The translations under genes and the position numbers were made by a program. A stretch of 64,000 bases of DNA, from positions 62,001-126,000 of the forward strand of contig NW_025765195.1 in the NCBI RefSeq assembly GCF_003918875.1, written 5' to 3'. This DNA comes from Haliotis rubra. Its lineage: Eukaryota. The notes under the pieces were generated by a model, which worked only from the letters and a program-made list of their open reading frames with translations, made no database searches and was not told the origin of the DNA. Within the stretch, counting starts at the first letter, position 1. Every line of letters begins with the position of its first letter. This document shows, piece after piece, positions 50,801-62,615 of this stretch.

Positions 50801-53800
50801 TGTCTGTCTGTCTGATAACACAATATTACAAAACATATATATGATGATAAATCTTTGTACAACATGTAGTAACTTGAAATGGTTACAGATGAAGATATTA
50901 TATGATATTTTACCCACAAACATTTTCTTAAATAGAATCGGTCTAAGGGACACACCTATATGTACATTCTGTTGAAGGAATTAGAAACAATTGTCCATCT
51001 ATTCTGTAATTGTTGTCATGTTAAGAAGATTTGGGAGAGTTTGACCAGATGGCTAATGACTGTAACTGAAGGCAACATTGACTTTACACCAGAAAACATC
51101 TTACTTGGATTTAAGGGGGAAAATAATAATTCCCTAAATGCAATATGTCTTGCTATGAAACAGGTAATATACACACAAAAAATAAAACAACAAGTTCCAA
51201 ATTTCCAAATGTAGTAAGGGAGATATCAAAATACTATGAAATTACAAAATATAATGCTTACTCTACATGCAGTAGCAGTGAGTTCTTTACCTTCTAGTCA
51301 TCTTTCCACAATCTATTTACAAAAAATATTACGTCAGAAAACATATTGTAAATGTATTTAATTACTATTACTATTATTTGAAACACAGAGATACAGTATG
51401 CAAAACATATTCAAAGACGTTTATTCATGGTATGAGGGGATTTGTGAAAGTGTATTAATTATACTCATGTATTATACTTCATATCTATTTCTTTGCTTGC
51501 TGAAATCCTAGGATGTATGATAAGGCAACTCAAACTATAAAGGTTATTGTAATTGATCATCCAGAATACAAATTAGGTCAATATGCAGATGACACTGAAT
51601 TATTTTTTGATGGCTCAGATGAAAACTTGTATTCTGCTATAGACACACTTAATACATTTTACAATATGTCAGGACTAAAGATAAACATAGATAAGACTAA
51701 AGCAATCTGGATTGGATCAAAAGCCGGTAACAGGGATATACTATGTCAAGATTTGAATATACAATGGCAAAGAAAACAATTTGAAGTATTAGGAATTAAA
51801 TTTACTCCAGTTTCGAATGATTTATGGGTTTTTAACACAAAGAAAAGACTAGAAGAAATTAATAGATTACTGGCAACTTGGAAAAAAAGACATTTGACGC
51901 TGATAGGGAAAATTACTGTTATTAAGACATTGGCTCTTTCAAAATTAGTTCATATTTTTAACACTTTACCTAACCCTCCAGACAATTCCTGGTAACCCAT
52001 GCAATTTTCCTTTTAAGGATATGCTAAAATATGGAGCAAATTTTCAGAACATAGTTGCAGTTGATAATCCTTTTTGGAAAGACGTATTAAAAGCATGGAA
52101 ATTATATTGTATCAAAAATACCATAGATGCAGGGAACATTAATGAAATCTTAGCCCAACCTTTATGGTTGAATAACAATTTCAAAAACTCAAATCACATC
52201 ATTAGTCACTGGGCTAAAAGTGGAATCTTGACGATCAAAGATATTTGTGATGAACATGGGTTATATCCTTCGATCAGTTGAAGCTTAAATTTGATATAAA
52301 AGCTACTCACTTAGATCTTGGATATGTTATATATATTTTACCTGAACCTTGGAAAAAGACTTTAAAGGAATATAGATATATAAACATTAATGACCTCACA
52401 ATAAATTCACTCCAAAAGGATTTCATATCCCCAAGAAAAGGTTCAAGATTATTCTATGATAAATTGTTATCTGAAAATGTTAAACCTCACATGTGCCAAA
52501 AATGGGAAACATTATTTGACTGTATTGATTTTGATTGGCATTTGATTTTTCATACTTGTAGAAAGAATTTAAGAGATGTGAAACTGTTAGATTTTCAATA
52601 TAAATTTCTGCACGGAATTGTTTATACCAAAAAGAACTTTTAGAATGAATCTGGTGGACAATACAATATGTTCTTTGTGTAATGATTCTGTTGAAACCTT
52701 ATGCCATGTATATTGGGAATGTGATGAAACCAAAACTTTCTGGAAGAAACTTGAACAGTGGATTACGAAACGTATCCAAACACTTAATTTGACAAAATCT
52801 TTGATTTGGTTTGGCTTTTTAGGTAAGAACCCATTATTGAACCACATAATCTTATCTGCTAAGAGATATATTTACACTTGCTCTTTGACAAAACAATTCC
52901 AAAAGTTGATAATTACTTAAGGATATTGAAAGACATATTTACCACTGAATCATTCATCTCCAGAAGAAATAATAATGTTGAAAGCTTTTTAGTCAAATGG
53001 TTTCCTCTCATCCCTGAATTTAACCCTGAATGACTATTAAACAAAAACATATCACTAACATTGATATTCAATGTTTAAAAAAAGTGTCACTATATCGCTT
53101 ATTTGAGCCCACTAGCTTGTATGTGCACATATTCCTCTATATGCTTGTCATCATCATGTTTTTGTACTCATCACATTGGGAACAATAAAATCACCAAATA
53201 AAGGCCCACAAGATCATCAGAAATACACTCAGCTGGACCCGTGAGAGCTGTTATGTCAACAAACGCACGTGCGTGTATTTGAATCTCTCACCGTCAACCA
53301 CATTATCCTTGCTAAAATCTATACAGTTCTGTTAGCTATGTCCTTAGTACTTTCAATAAGACGATATATATTTTTCATGACTTTTTAAACAATAACATAA
53401 AGCCATAAACGATTTAAGTAGTCAGTATTATTTTTATCAAAGCACCGCAACCATTACACGACTTCTGATTGGTTTGTCGTATTTTCGCACATAACAAGCA
53501 TCGATAGGGGGACGAGTCTTCTTGGAGATTACGGAAATGGGGGAGTGGTGACGAATGCAAGATATTGTGATGTTAGAGATGTGACAAGACAGAAATTTCA
53601 CGATACGATACGCATCGCAATATCTTGGAACGATACGATTCTATTCTATGCATATCACGATATGCTTTCTTTAATTATTTTCTTTAAAATCTCATATTTT
53701 AATAGTAAGACATTTTGACACAACCGTCAATATCTAATGAAAATTAACAATTTTAAGGTCAACGATACATGTCACGATACGAAAAAACGTATCGATATAT

Positions 53801-56086
53801 TTATCGTCAGATAAAGTATCACGATTATTGATACTACGATATATCGTCACAGCTCTATTGTCATATCAGAAACAAATTGGTCCAGTATTTATAACATTTG
53901 TAACAGAATGGATACAGTAGTGGTTGTGGATAGAATAGCCACCATTAAAAACACAAGAGGATGTTTTCGGTAAAGAAAATCCTGGTAAACTTGGTATGTG
54001 GTACACATTTGGATATTTGTATGATTCCACACATTGAATTTCGGACAATATTGCAGTCATTTTGCGATTTTCAAAATTCAATCATTACTCCTATGTAATA
54101 AAGGGGCTAAGAACATCATTGAAATATTTGAACAATATATATCACATAGTTTCTGTGAAGAAGAATTTGGTATTATAACCTGTATTTCTCACTTAAACAA
54201 GCTGTTCTGGCAGCCAGTATTAATTGGTGAGAATTGAAATGTTTCCATATGAAATTGGAACAACATTGACAGTTTTGAACAAGTAAACAAGAACGGGGTA
54301 GATATACATCAAGAATACTAGTAACCCATGACAAAAATGTCAATCTGAATAAAAATTCAAATTACTGTTTGAATTGGAGCTTGATCCAGCTATTCAGTGT
54401 AATTACACAAATAAGATATCTCAAACAATTCAGTTTTTGTTGATGCATTACATTTTGAATAATGCCCCTAGGGGTATTTTATTTGAAATAAACAATCAGG
54501 GTGACAAAATGGAAGCCCAGTACAACGTGACACCAAGAATGAAGCATACAACTTTATGGATGACAATTTCTTATTTTTGCATACAGCGATGTTTGCATGT
54601 CGTTTGTTACACTGTTATCAGGCTGAAAGTGACTACAAATATGTGATGATAAGTATATATATATATACATAGACTAGTATGTTATGACAAGCAGCAGATT
54701 AACATTAACAACTGCATGTAATTTAAAGCTTAGATGCAACTAACAAAATAAACATAATTAAAACACAATTGTCACTTATTTATGACACATAATATACATT
54801 TTCGATTATGAAAAAACAAATAAACAAAATTATAAGCGTACAATCTCAAATCAAAAGTGCAATATTTTGTACTTGGGTATATTATCCTCGAAATAAAGCA
54901 TCCGGGGTACCGAACCCAGTCAGAGCGGGTGGGTATGCACTTAAGCGTAACAAAGTGTTTCATTGGCTGGTTCATTTGCCGATACACTCAGAGCTCTTTG
55001 TTTATGGTGTATAGCCTGATAGGTGTTGAGCTCAAATTGCATGTGGTCAGTGATTGAAGTTGTGCATTGCATATTGTCATTAGCAGACAGGCAGGCAGAC
55101 ACACAGGGGCAATAAAACAGACATTGAGTTTTGTCTGTGACAGAGGCTGCTTATCACAATCAACATGGTTTATTTTATGTAACGAGTAGATTATTTACTA
55201 TTTGTTATTTTTGTACAAAACCAAGATTAGACTACTCCTGCACACGACCTTATAATCCGGGCAGCCCGGTTCAAGCCGTGCAAACCTATTCACTGTGCAT
55301 GCGCTATGTGCACAGCAAGCACAGCTGTTGAAACCATTTTTCACCTCAGCTGGTTTTTAAGTGAATCGTTTGAACTCTGATTTTGCGGGATTTTTTTCAG
55401 CGCGTTATTTTTCAACTTTATAAGTTGAATTTGCATTTTTGATAATTTGTTACTGTAAGCAGGGTAACCCCATACCAAAAGGTATCAGAATCTGCAAAGT
55501 TATGTTTTGCGTTGCATGTAAGCTTTGATAACAAGTGACAGCAAATTCCGAAGGCTTCCAAAAGGTTTTAGTGGAATCCTGATTCTTAGTGGATAGGATT
55601 TCAACTTTGTCAAACTGGATTAGATGGTTAGTGAATTTTTGTTGGTGACCTGACATGGCAGATTTGCTGTTTGTCTTGATAATGGTGTATGAATCTACAT
55701 CGAAGCATTGCTCTATTCAATAAACAAGAAATTGTCATCCTAAAGTTATATGCTTCTTTTTGGACTCACCAACTTCGAGATTGTTGATCAAACCAACAGT
55801 GACACCCACCTGTATTTAGTGTGATTGCTTGGCTCTCTAGGTCAAGGACCTCCTCGTGCTCAGCTGAACCTGCTTGTACCAAGTGACCTTCATGTTCCTC
55901 GTCTGAACTGGTATCAACATCAGAAACAGGTAAGTCACTTCTCAAAGCTGACATGTCCATGTGACCTTCAGGTGGTCCACTGGAAGGGGCCACGTGACCT
56001 TCAGGCTGCCCACTGGAAGGGGCCACGAGACCTTCAGGTTGCCCACTGGAAGTGGCCATGTTGTCTTCTGGCTGCCCACTGGACAT
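35810..56086 (-). CDS. NLR-like STAND NTPase (nSTAND3-like) plus ankyrin-repeat protein. Exons 56086-55810, 48579-48496 and 47574-35810. The last exon is interrupted by the Harbinger element and has clustered frameshifts near 47.0-47.2 kb.
   Basis: Walker A (HVTICGASGEGKTT) and Walker B (FLIVDDLFG) in ORF 47192-47638. The helical region (GFPLICKL...FAHSSIYDAC) and ankyrin array are in ORF 41664-46928. The capping repeat and stop are at 36013-35810. All three exons join in phase 1 at canonical GT/AG sites. The two 5' exons are less certain than the main exon. Confidence 0.8.
36141..39935 (+). CDS. Harbinger accessory Myb/SANT-like (trihelix-type) DNA-binding protein. Firm exons 38955-39138 and 39569-39935; probable exons 37087-37329, 38250-38276, 38560-38601; tentative exons 36141-36249 and 37465-37660.
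   Basis: YWSHAAVLLLIDLR...AWKSVADRMSEKGFHFTGPECDRKFRSMKSR|HRTIVGRNKTTGSGRSTWRYFSVME is a typical Myb/SANT-like domain, followed by a C-terminal coiled coil. Splice phases agree. The exon 1 donor reads ATAAG instead of GTAAG and exon 37465-37660 is out of frame, so this copy may be defective. Confidence 0.8.
40106..41624 (-). pseudogene. Harbinger DDE transposase (HARBI1-like, DDE_Tnp_4). Exons 41624-41376 and 40993-40106, with two in-frame TAG codons.
   Basis: Motifs FRAHFRMTRASF, GCLDGTYIPI, YPGSVHDSRVF, LLGDSAY, RVDIERCFGLLKGRF and CCVLHNF; the DDE triad is intact. Phase-0 GT-AG intron. Stops at 41513-41511 (codon 38) and 40129-40127 (seven codons before the probable natural end). Confidence 0.92.
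41724..45670 (-). repeat. Coding tandem array of 195-bp units (65 aa, two ankyrin repeats). 20 complete units plus the start of a 21st that continues beyond the transposon.
   Basis: The unit HLACQGGNTAIVQHLLSPSNINSRGxxGxTPxMxAAVSGHQSVFDLLVSNQADLTLVxTSGDSLL was counted in the 1754-aa ORF. Units are near-identical at DNA level. Confidence 0.97.
49380..51330 (+). mobile_element. Decayed L1/Tx1-like LINE 3' region with a nested 3' fragment of another LINE (RTE-X-like, ~50140-50800)
   Basis: The outer pieces read FKFVWKDKPDKIKR and CTFC..ETIVHLFC (zf-RVT). The inner piece reads WASAVQSILFQHGF..FKQRCKDMYYQEW..LTKFRCGS..CDYC..EDVYHVL, then AATAAA and a (CTGT)n tail. Confidence 0.7.
51485..53035 (+). 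mobile_element. Decayed L1/Tx1-like LINE, RT C-terminal half to zf-RVT
   Basis: LGQYADDT (RT catalytic motif), SGLKINIDKT, LTLIGKITVIKTLALSKL and CSLCNDSVETLCHVYWEC, with several frameshifts. Confidence 0.88.
53574..53857. mobile_element. hAT-like MITE rich in CGATA motifs
   Basis: TAGAGATGTGAC...GTCACAGCTCTA termini; the TSD is degenerate. Confidence 0.65.
54727..55524. mobile_element. Second, shorter and inverted copy of the 2713-3784 Kolobok-like family
   Basis: TTAA|AGCTTAGATGCAAC...GTTGCATGTAAGCT|TTGA. The interior is the reverse complement of parts of 2713-3784; the spurious ORFs 3533-3739 and 54772-54987 match. Confidence 0.85.
55530..55750. mobile_element. Penelope-like remnant: inverted GIY-YIG fragment plus pseudo-LTR-like end
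   Basis: The minus strand reads KSAMSGHQQKFTNHLIQFDKVEILS. It is followed by CTTGATAATGGTGT..CTACATCGAAGC..AATAAA, which resembles 6748-6830. Confidence 0.5.
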
Positions 56087-57269
56087 AGCCAAGATGAGAT
56101 GTTCACTGTCCTTATCTTGGCTGGCTCCTTTTGTCACGTAGCACTATCTGTGAAAATAATGGAGAATCTAATTATGCTATAAAATATACTGGTCTGACAG
56201 CTTAGAGCCCTGGACAGTAGCTCACCTGCTTTATATCAAAGTTGAAGATCAATTATGAAACTTTGAACATTTGACACTGTATGATATACTAGGAGGAGGA
56301 TGATATACCCTTTCAGACACTATGAAAATGTCCCTTTCTTACCATATATATTTCAGCACCAAAAAGACGTAATTGTTCTGGTGAATTAAATCTATGAAAG
56401 AAATACTTTCATTTTCCTTTTGAACTATTTCAACATCTTTATCGATATATACCGGGATTAAGTGTACTGTGTGTATTTGTCTCGGCAACAGGCCCGGAAA
56501 TAGCAATCAGCTGTGCACACGTTTCCCTGCGATCTGCCTTGGTTGTTTGGTTAAAACGTACCCAATAATATAAGGCAAATAAATGTGGATACAGTGAGCG
56601 GACAAGCATTTCCCATGTTTTGCTCTGTAAATGCAAAATATTCATAAGGTTATGCTGCAGCACTTAGTGTAGCGCTGGATGCGTTTTATGTATGGAACAA
56701 TTTCACGTGTCGGCGTTTCGATTTCGCACGATCTCGCTACTTAAATCGAGTTTGTTGACAAGTGGTCATCCAGCTGTAATAAATGTGACTTATCGAAACA
56801 TTATATTTTCATATCCATATTTGTCAACTGCACTTGGTTTCGAGGCATGAGTGGATGTAATATGATTGTGATTTGTGACTTGTCCCGGAATAACATGAGT
56901 GTGTCACGAAGGGTGTGACAACATTCATGACCATTTCGTGCTATTCTGGAACTAGCTGAATGCCGTATTCCATTCCATTCATCACCACTCGATCTTTTCC
57001 ATAACCTCCAAGAAAAATTGTCCCGGAATAACACGAGTGGTCACGAATGAAATGGAGATACACACCCTTTCAGTATTTCCTTCTCATTCCGTATGGCTGT
57101 GAAGAGTGGATGTAGTGAGTCAGCTGCAAGCTCAGGGTTGCACTTAAACAGCTCTGCATTTAGATTGCCCTGTCCGGGAGCTTTCCTTTTTTTGAGGGTC
57201 TTTATGGCCGAGACTTTCCACAGATTTTTTCTGGTGATCTTGTTCTTTGTTTGCTGCATCTTCCGCTTG

Positions 57270-57672
57270 ACTTGCCAGGTTATCCATGTGTTCCCTCTTA
57301 TCCGCTCTTGCCAGGTTATCCATGTGTTCCCTCTTATCCGCTCTTGCCTGGTTATCCATGTGTTCCTTCTTATTCGCTCTTGCCAGGTTATCCATGTGTT
57401 CCCTCTTATCCGCTCTTGCCTGGTTATCCATGTGTTCCCTCTTATCCGCTCTTGCCAGGTTATCCATGTGTTCCCTCTTATTCGCTCTTGCCTGGTTATC
57501 CATGTGTTCCTTCTTATCCGCTCTTGCCAGGTTATCCATGTGTTCCCTCTTATCCGCTTTTGCCAGGTTATCCATGTGTTCCCTCTTATCCGCTCTTGCC
57601 AGGTTATCCATGTGTTCCCTCTTATCCGCTTTTGCCAGGTTATCCATGTGTTCCCTCTTATCCGCTCTTGCC
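57270..57672. repeat. 36-bp tandem array (~11 copies) amplified inside the RTE coding sequence (ARADKREHMDNL)
   Basis: Unit TTGCCAGGTTATCCATGTGTTCCCTCTTATCCGCTC. Confidence 0.95.
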
Positions 57673-57878
57673 ATTCTCTTTACTGTCTTGTTAGCCTCTC
57701 TGTATTTCTGTCTGTGCCTCTCTTTGAGCCTTTCTGACTTGGCCGTGTTGATGCTGTTCTTTATAAATCTTCTATTCTCAATGGCTTGCCATGTGTCGGT
57801 GTGATCCATTCCTTCCTTTCACGTTGTTGAGTTCCTAGACAGGATTTGCTTGCCTCAGTATAGGTTGCTTTTTGGTAA

Positions 57879-58432
57879 CATTCTCTTCCCACAGAGGTTA
57901 CTCCTGTCATATCTTCCTACGTAACCTCTGTTCTAATACGGCCATGTTTCCCACTTTTCGCATAATCCCCAAGCAACCAAAAATCGCAACACGAATTATC
58001 TCGCTTCTTTCTATCCAATCTGATCACGTGTTACATCGACTTAGATCCAATATGGTGGCTGCCATGGAGTCAGTTGATCAACGTACGAAGAATAGGTTTG
58101 GTATTTCATGTTTAACTGAAAAGCAGAAACTAGCGCAAGAGAGAGTGCAGGAATCAATCGACAAGATGTTTTTAATGGATGTGACACTTAACACATTTAA
58201 TGGCTAGCTTGTCTGTTGTCCCTGCTGGGGAAGAGGTTCTAGTTTTCCTGAAGCATACGGAAATGACCAAGGCCTTGCGAATGATCACTTTTGAAACAAC
58301 GTCGCTGATTGCAAAACTAAATCTGATTGCAATCAATCACGAATCCAGAACACTCGCACCATGAAAGGGCCGTATTAGAACAGAGGTTACGTAGGAAAAT
58401 ATGACAGGAGTAACCTCTGTGGGAACAGAATG
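57879..58432. mobile_element. MITE with ~66-bp TIRs and a 9-bp TSD (Mutator-like), inserted in an RTE LINE fragment
   Basis: CATTCTCTTCCCACAGAGGTTACTCCTGTCATA... is inverted at the right end. TTTTGGTAA flanks both sides (57870-57878 and 58433-58441). Confidence 0.85.
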
Positions 58433-59369
58433 TTTTGGTAAGAGCTTGGAACCTATTTTTAAGTTCAATGGTAAAGGCACTCTTTGGGTTTGGTGGGTTT
58501 CTTTATCACTTTATTGTATTTTGAAAGGTACAGGGTATTACACGATTATAGAGACAATCAATTTAATAATTTGAGATATATGTACATATAATATAATATT
58601 GTATATATTTTCATATGTACATTTGGCGAATATGAAATGAAAAAAGACATTAAGTAATTTCTTTAATGTGAAGGGGTTTTCACATGGCAACCAAGGATTG
58701 AAGAGTAGTTTAAATTTATTATATGAAGAGGTTATGACATGAAGACCAAAAACCCGTGTAGTATCTTGAGTATGCTGCACATCTATCTACCTTATATAAG
58801 ATAGTTAGATGGCGTTATAGTTCTTTTATGGTAGAGAAAGATTTTAAAAATCTGTTTGCATAGATGAATTAAAATCATTTCTTCTTTCTTTATATCCAAA
58901 AAAACCACCGTCTTCGTTGTGACGAGCAAACTCTTTAACCTCTAGGCTACACCACCGCCCCATCACAGAAAGAATTCTCTGGATAATTTTAAATTGTAGC
59001 CATCGGAGTTGTGTATTGAGTGAAAGGTATGAGATTATAAATTTTCCACTGGTCTACTTGTATAATTTTCGTTTTTGTCTCGTTCCCATTGTATTTGATT
59101 ACGTAATTTTCTTTGCGAAGTATATAATTTAGATAATGTAGCATAGAATACTTTGACTGGCATTCTAGCAGTTGGGTAGATGAAGAATGAGGACTATTTT
59201 TTATGGATATACAACATAGATTCTAATGTCGATGTCAAGCAAATGATACATGAGAAGTAATTTTGGGTGCTATATATACATGAGATGTTTGGACAATAGA
59301 TGAGGGAAGAGGTTGATAACACAGATGGTATACAGGATTAAGTAGGTTGATTGGAGGTGAGGTGAAATT

Positions 59370-59685
59370 TTAACATCGTGCTTGAGAGTATTTCGTTAAT
59401 ATGACGACGTGCATGCGTGTGTATGTACTAGCCCAGGTTGAAGCTGGTTTTATAGTGCTAGCCCACTGAGATACCATGCCGCAGTGAAGCATGAATACCC
59501 CACTCAGACACATTAAACTAACTCCGAGCCGACCAGTCCTTTATGTGCCCATTAATGCCGAGCGCCAGGCAGAGACCAACAAGTACCATATTTTAACGTC
59601 TTTTGGTATTACGCGGTCGGGGATCGATCCCGGGACCGTCTGCTCTCCGGGAGGACGCTCTAACCACTATACCACGGAATCGGTC
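59370..59685 (-). mobile_element. tRNA-derived SINE with a MESC-like central domain
   Basis: Reverse complement: GTGGTATAGTGGTTAGAGCG..GGGATCGATCCC head, then CCAAAAGACGTTAAAATATGGTACTTG..GGACTGGTCGGCTCGGA..AATGTGTCTGAGTGGGG. This resembles molluscan MESC SINEs as recalled. Confidence 0.7.
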
Positions 59686-59889
59686 AGGTTGATTGGAAGC
59701 CAGTAGAGATGTACTTGGTTGTATACATAAGGGATTAAGGATGTTGATGGTTGTTTACATAGGTGGTAAAGAGACTGTTGGGAAGCCAGTAGTAAAAGTG
59801 ATGTTACACAAGGGATGATGTACAATGACACAAGGGATAATGTACAGTGGTTGGGTAAGGTTACATGAAAATTAATTCAGCAAGTGATG

Positions 59890-60130
59890 ATAGGCCTTGG
59901 GGATGAAATATCCTTCATCTCTCTTGATAGCTGGGCAAATCTTCTTTATATGGAGAGCTTCAAGTAGTTTGCGGGTTTTGAAGTCAGCCTGGTTCCTCTC
60001 GATGACCTTGGTGGTGTTCCATCTGATCTTGTAGTTTGGATTGGCTTTAAGGTGGTCAGCTATGATGGATTTAAAGTCTTTGTTTCTTACTGAGGCCTGG
60101 TGTTCTTTGATCCTAATGGTGACTGGTCTT
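59890..60130 (-). mobile_element. Penelope-like element fragment, GIY-YIG endonuclease C-terminal half
   Basis: Manual translation RPVTIRIKEHQASVRNKDFKSIIADHLKANPNYKIRWNTTKVIERNQADFKTRKLLEALHIKKICPAIKRDEG. Confidence 0.8.
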
Positions 60131-61169
60131 GATGTTTCAACAATGTAGGATTCGCCGCAGTGGCATTATATCTGGTAGACGACACCTACGGCACAGGGTG
60201 GAAGCACTGTCCACACGAAATATGGAGTTACCCCAAAAGCAACTCCATTTCCATTTCCATTTCAGTGAAAGACGAACGTGTGGCACAAGAGTAATGGTAA
60301 GTTTTCCCTCGCATTTTCATTATTTTGCAAGTATATCAGGTTTTGCCATTTGGCAGAGGGGCCTAGAAATTTACACATCTTTCTGTAATAGCTTGACACC
60401 CTCTCTATTTATTGCAATTTTGCGTGAAGCGAGGGCATCCTCCTGAGTGTCGAAACAAGATCGCAGAAAATTATCGTTCCAACACGAAATATGACAACCT
60501 CATCAGCAGACACGCCTTTATTTCTTAGAAATAGTTATTTGAGGTATTCATTCAGTGTTTAGGCTTTAATGCGTCAGTATTTTTTCAGTTATTGGGGAAA
60601 AATCAAACTGTACATTTTATATGGAGTTGTGTTGAAACTGTCCATTGCGTTGAATGTTTACGTTGAAGTAACTGTCCATGTAGTTGCATGGATTTTAGAG
60701 CATGGACTGTCGAAATTCCACAGTTGTTGATACCCTTTTCCACAGACATGGCAATTGAAACGGTAGTTGTTGTGATGGATCCCCTAAATGCTATGATCAC
60801 ACTATAACGATTTGCGCCATGATTCAAATCGTGGTCTTAATTGTGGACTAATCGTGGCAATCCTATCAAATCTTATCAGACCTTGAAGTCAGTGGCTATC
60901 GTGTTGATCGTAGAAATATTTTCTACGTTCCAAAATTTCAACGACAATTTTACTGTCAATCAATTGTGATCATCATCATGATGGTATTGCATCATAACAA
61001 AGCGCAACATATCGCATCTAATCGTGCTTAGAAATCGTAGTGGTCGGGAATCACCACAATCTGTGACGCTCTGTCTGGTCCCACTGCTCAACGACCTGAC
61101 GAATTACTCACAATGATACGAGTTGATACGAGTAAAGCAGATATGATTATTGATCACGGAGCTAAATCT

Positions 61170-62315
61170 TTTAGTAGATATGTACTGGAAATCAGAAGGT
61201 GCAGGAGGTTGATCCACATCTAGCCAGTCCACTTGGTCCTCCATGCGCCTGGGATGACATGGTGGTTTTCATCCTCATGGCCCACCTATTGTGCTGCAAT
61301 GCCTGGATGTCTCAGCCTCAATAGGTTGTGCAGAGCCACCACCGCCTCCACTATATCCTTCACAGTATTGGGCTTCTGCCCTAGAGTCATGAGGAGACAC
61401 CTGAATCTATTGGCCAGGATCCCAACGATTTTCCTCCCTCTTGAGAGTCCTCTCCTTCCTGGACATCATTCTGCTGTATGGCTTCATGAGGTAGTTCCTG
61501 AGTGCGAAGGATGAAGAAGGGCATGTCTTGGTGGTCATCAGGGCTTGCAGTCAGAGGGCAGGATGGGGGAAGTCCTAGGGCTTCCTCTTCCATGCCGTTG
61601 ACCAGCCCCGAGTCGCCACATATCTTAGCATCTGACATGTGTCCTTTTCTACCAAGCTCGATCCACACAAACTTGTAATCTGCATCCATCAGAGCTAGGA
61701 GTGGTATCGAAAAGACGCCCTTGTAATTGACTGCAAGTTTGAGGTGGCTTCTTGATAGCAATGTGTTCGCCATCCAGGGCCCCAATGGCGTGGGATATAT
61801 CCATCTCTGTTCAAACTGGTTAGCTACGGCTGTCCAGGCTTCAGGGGTCACAGGTAGGCTAAACACAATTGCCTGTCACACTTCTGGAACCATCTCTGAG
61901 ATGGTGGACACTCCACACCTGAAGGCATACGCAAGGGACCCATAGTTGTCTCCAGCCTCAAGGTGCCTAAGTGTGACTGCCAGTTTCAGTCCAGGTGAAA
62001 GAGGTTGCCTGAAACTGGTGACTTCCCTATCGATTGCTGGGGCCACCATCTGCAGGACTTCATCGAAGAGCTGTGGTGTTAACCTTGTGTAGTTTTGGAA
62101 CGCTACTGGATCCTCCAGCCTCAAATGGGTGTCTAAGAGGCTGGAGAACTGTCCAAACTGTTATCCCCTCTCCTCTATGAGCCATGGCCGCACCCAGGAG
62201 TGCCTGACTGCAGCTCTCCTGGCCCTTTGTGGTTGGAGTTGTAGCTGGTCTGGCTGCTGCTCGTCTTGTGTCATTTGGATTTCTGCTTTAACAACGGCCA
62301 TTGACTTGTCCATAT
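61170..62315 (-). pseudogene. Decayed second Harbinger-type transposase, a different family from the one at 40-41.6 kb
   Basis: Frameshifted fragments WVRPWL, EDPVAFQNYTRLTPQLFDEVL, LKLAVTLRHLEAGDNYGSLAYAFRCGVSTIS and NYKGVFSIPLLALMDADYKFVWIELG. Confidence 0.85.
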
Positions 62316-62487
62316 CGCTGGTGCCACCGGTGGGAACAAAGGAAGTCATTATTGTATCTGATTTCGCACATTCAACATTGGTTAGATGCCCCTTGGTTTT
62401 CAGTTGCTTAGTGATGTGCTTTACCAAATGTGCAATGCTAATATCTGATTGATAGTATGAACAATGTACATACTTTGGAATAACCTT

Positions 62488-62615
62488 GGCCCCATTTCAC
62501 AAAGCTCACGTAACGCTACAACTATCGTAAGTCATTGTTACAGTATAGTAAGTACGAATGCTACGAGAAAAGTTACGAGATTTTAGGCTTACGAGAGCTT
62601 ATTGAAACGGGGCCC
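62488..62615. mobile_element. ~128-bp Tourist/Harbinger-like MITE, monomeric relative of the 53-bp array
   Basis: GGCCCCATTTCACAAAGCTC...GAGCTTATTGAAACGGGGCC termini. The interior resembles the reverse complement of the 53-bp unit. Confidence 0.78.

Larger units (their letters stand above)
57063..58490 (-). mobile_element. RTE-clade LINE fragment, internally deleted and split by a MITE
   Basis: Translated pieces AFTIELKNRFQAL, TWQAIENRR...KYREANKTVKRMARADKR...LASQAEDAA and AIKTLKKRKAPGQGNLNAELFK are typical of the RTE endonuclease-RT linker. Confidence 0.8.

Noticed and set aside
58530-59340. Possible further retroelement coding remnant
   Set aside because: AT-rich, and I could not recover a convincing motif in the frames I read.
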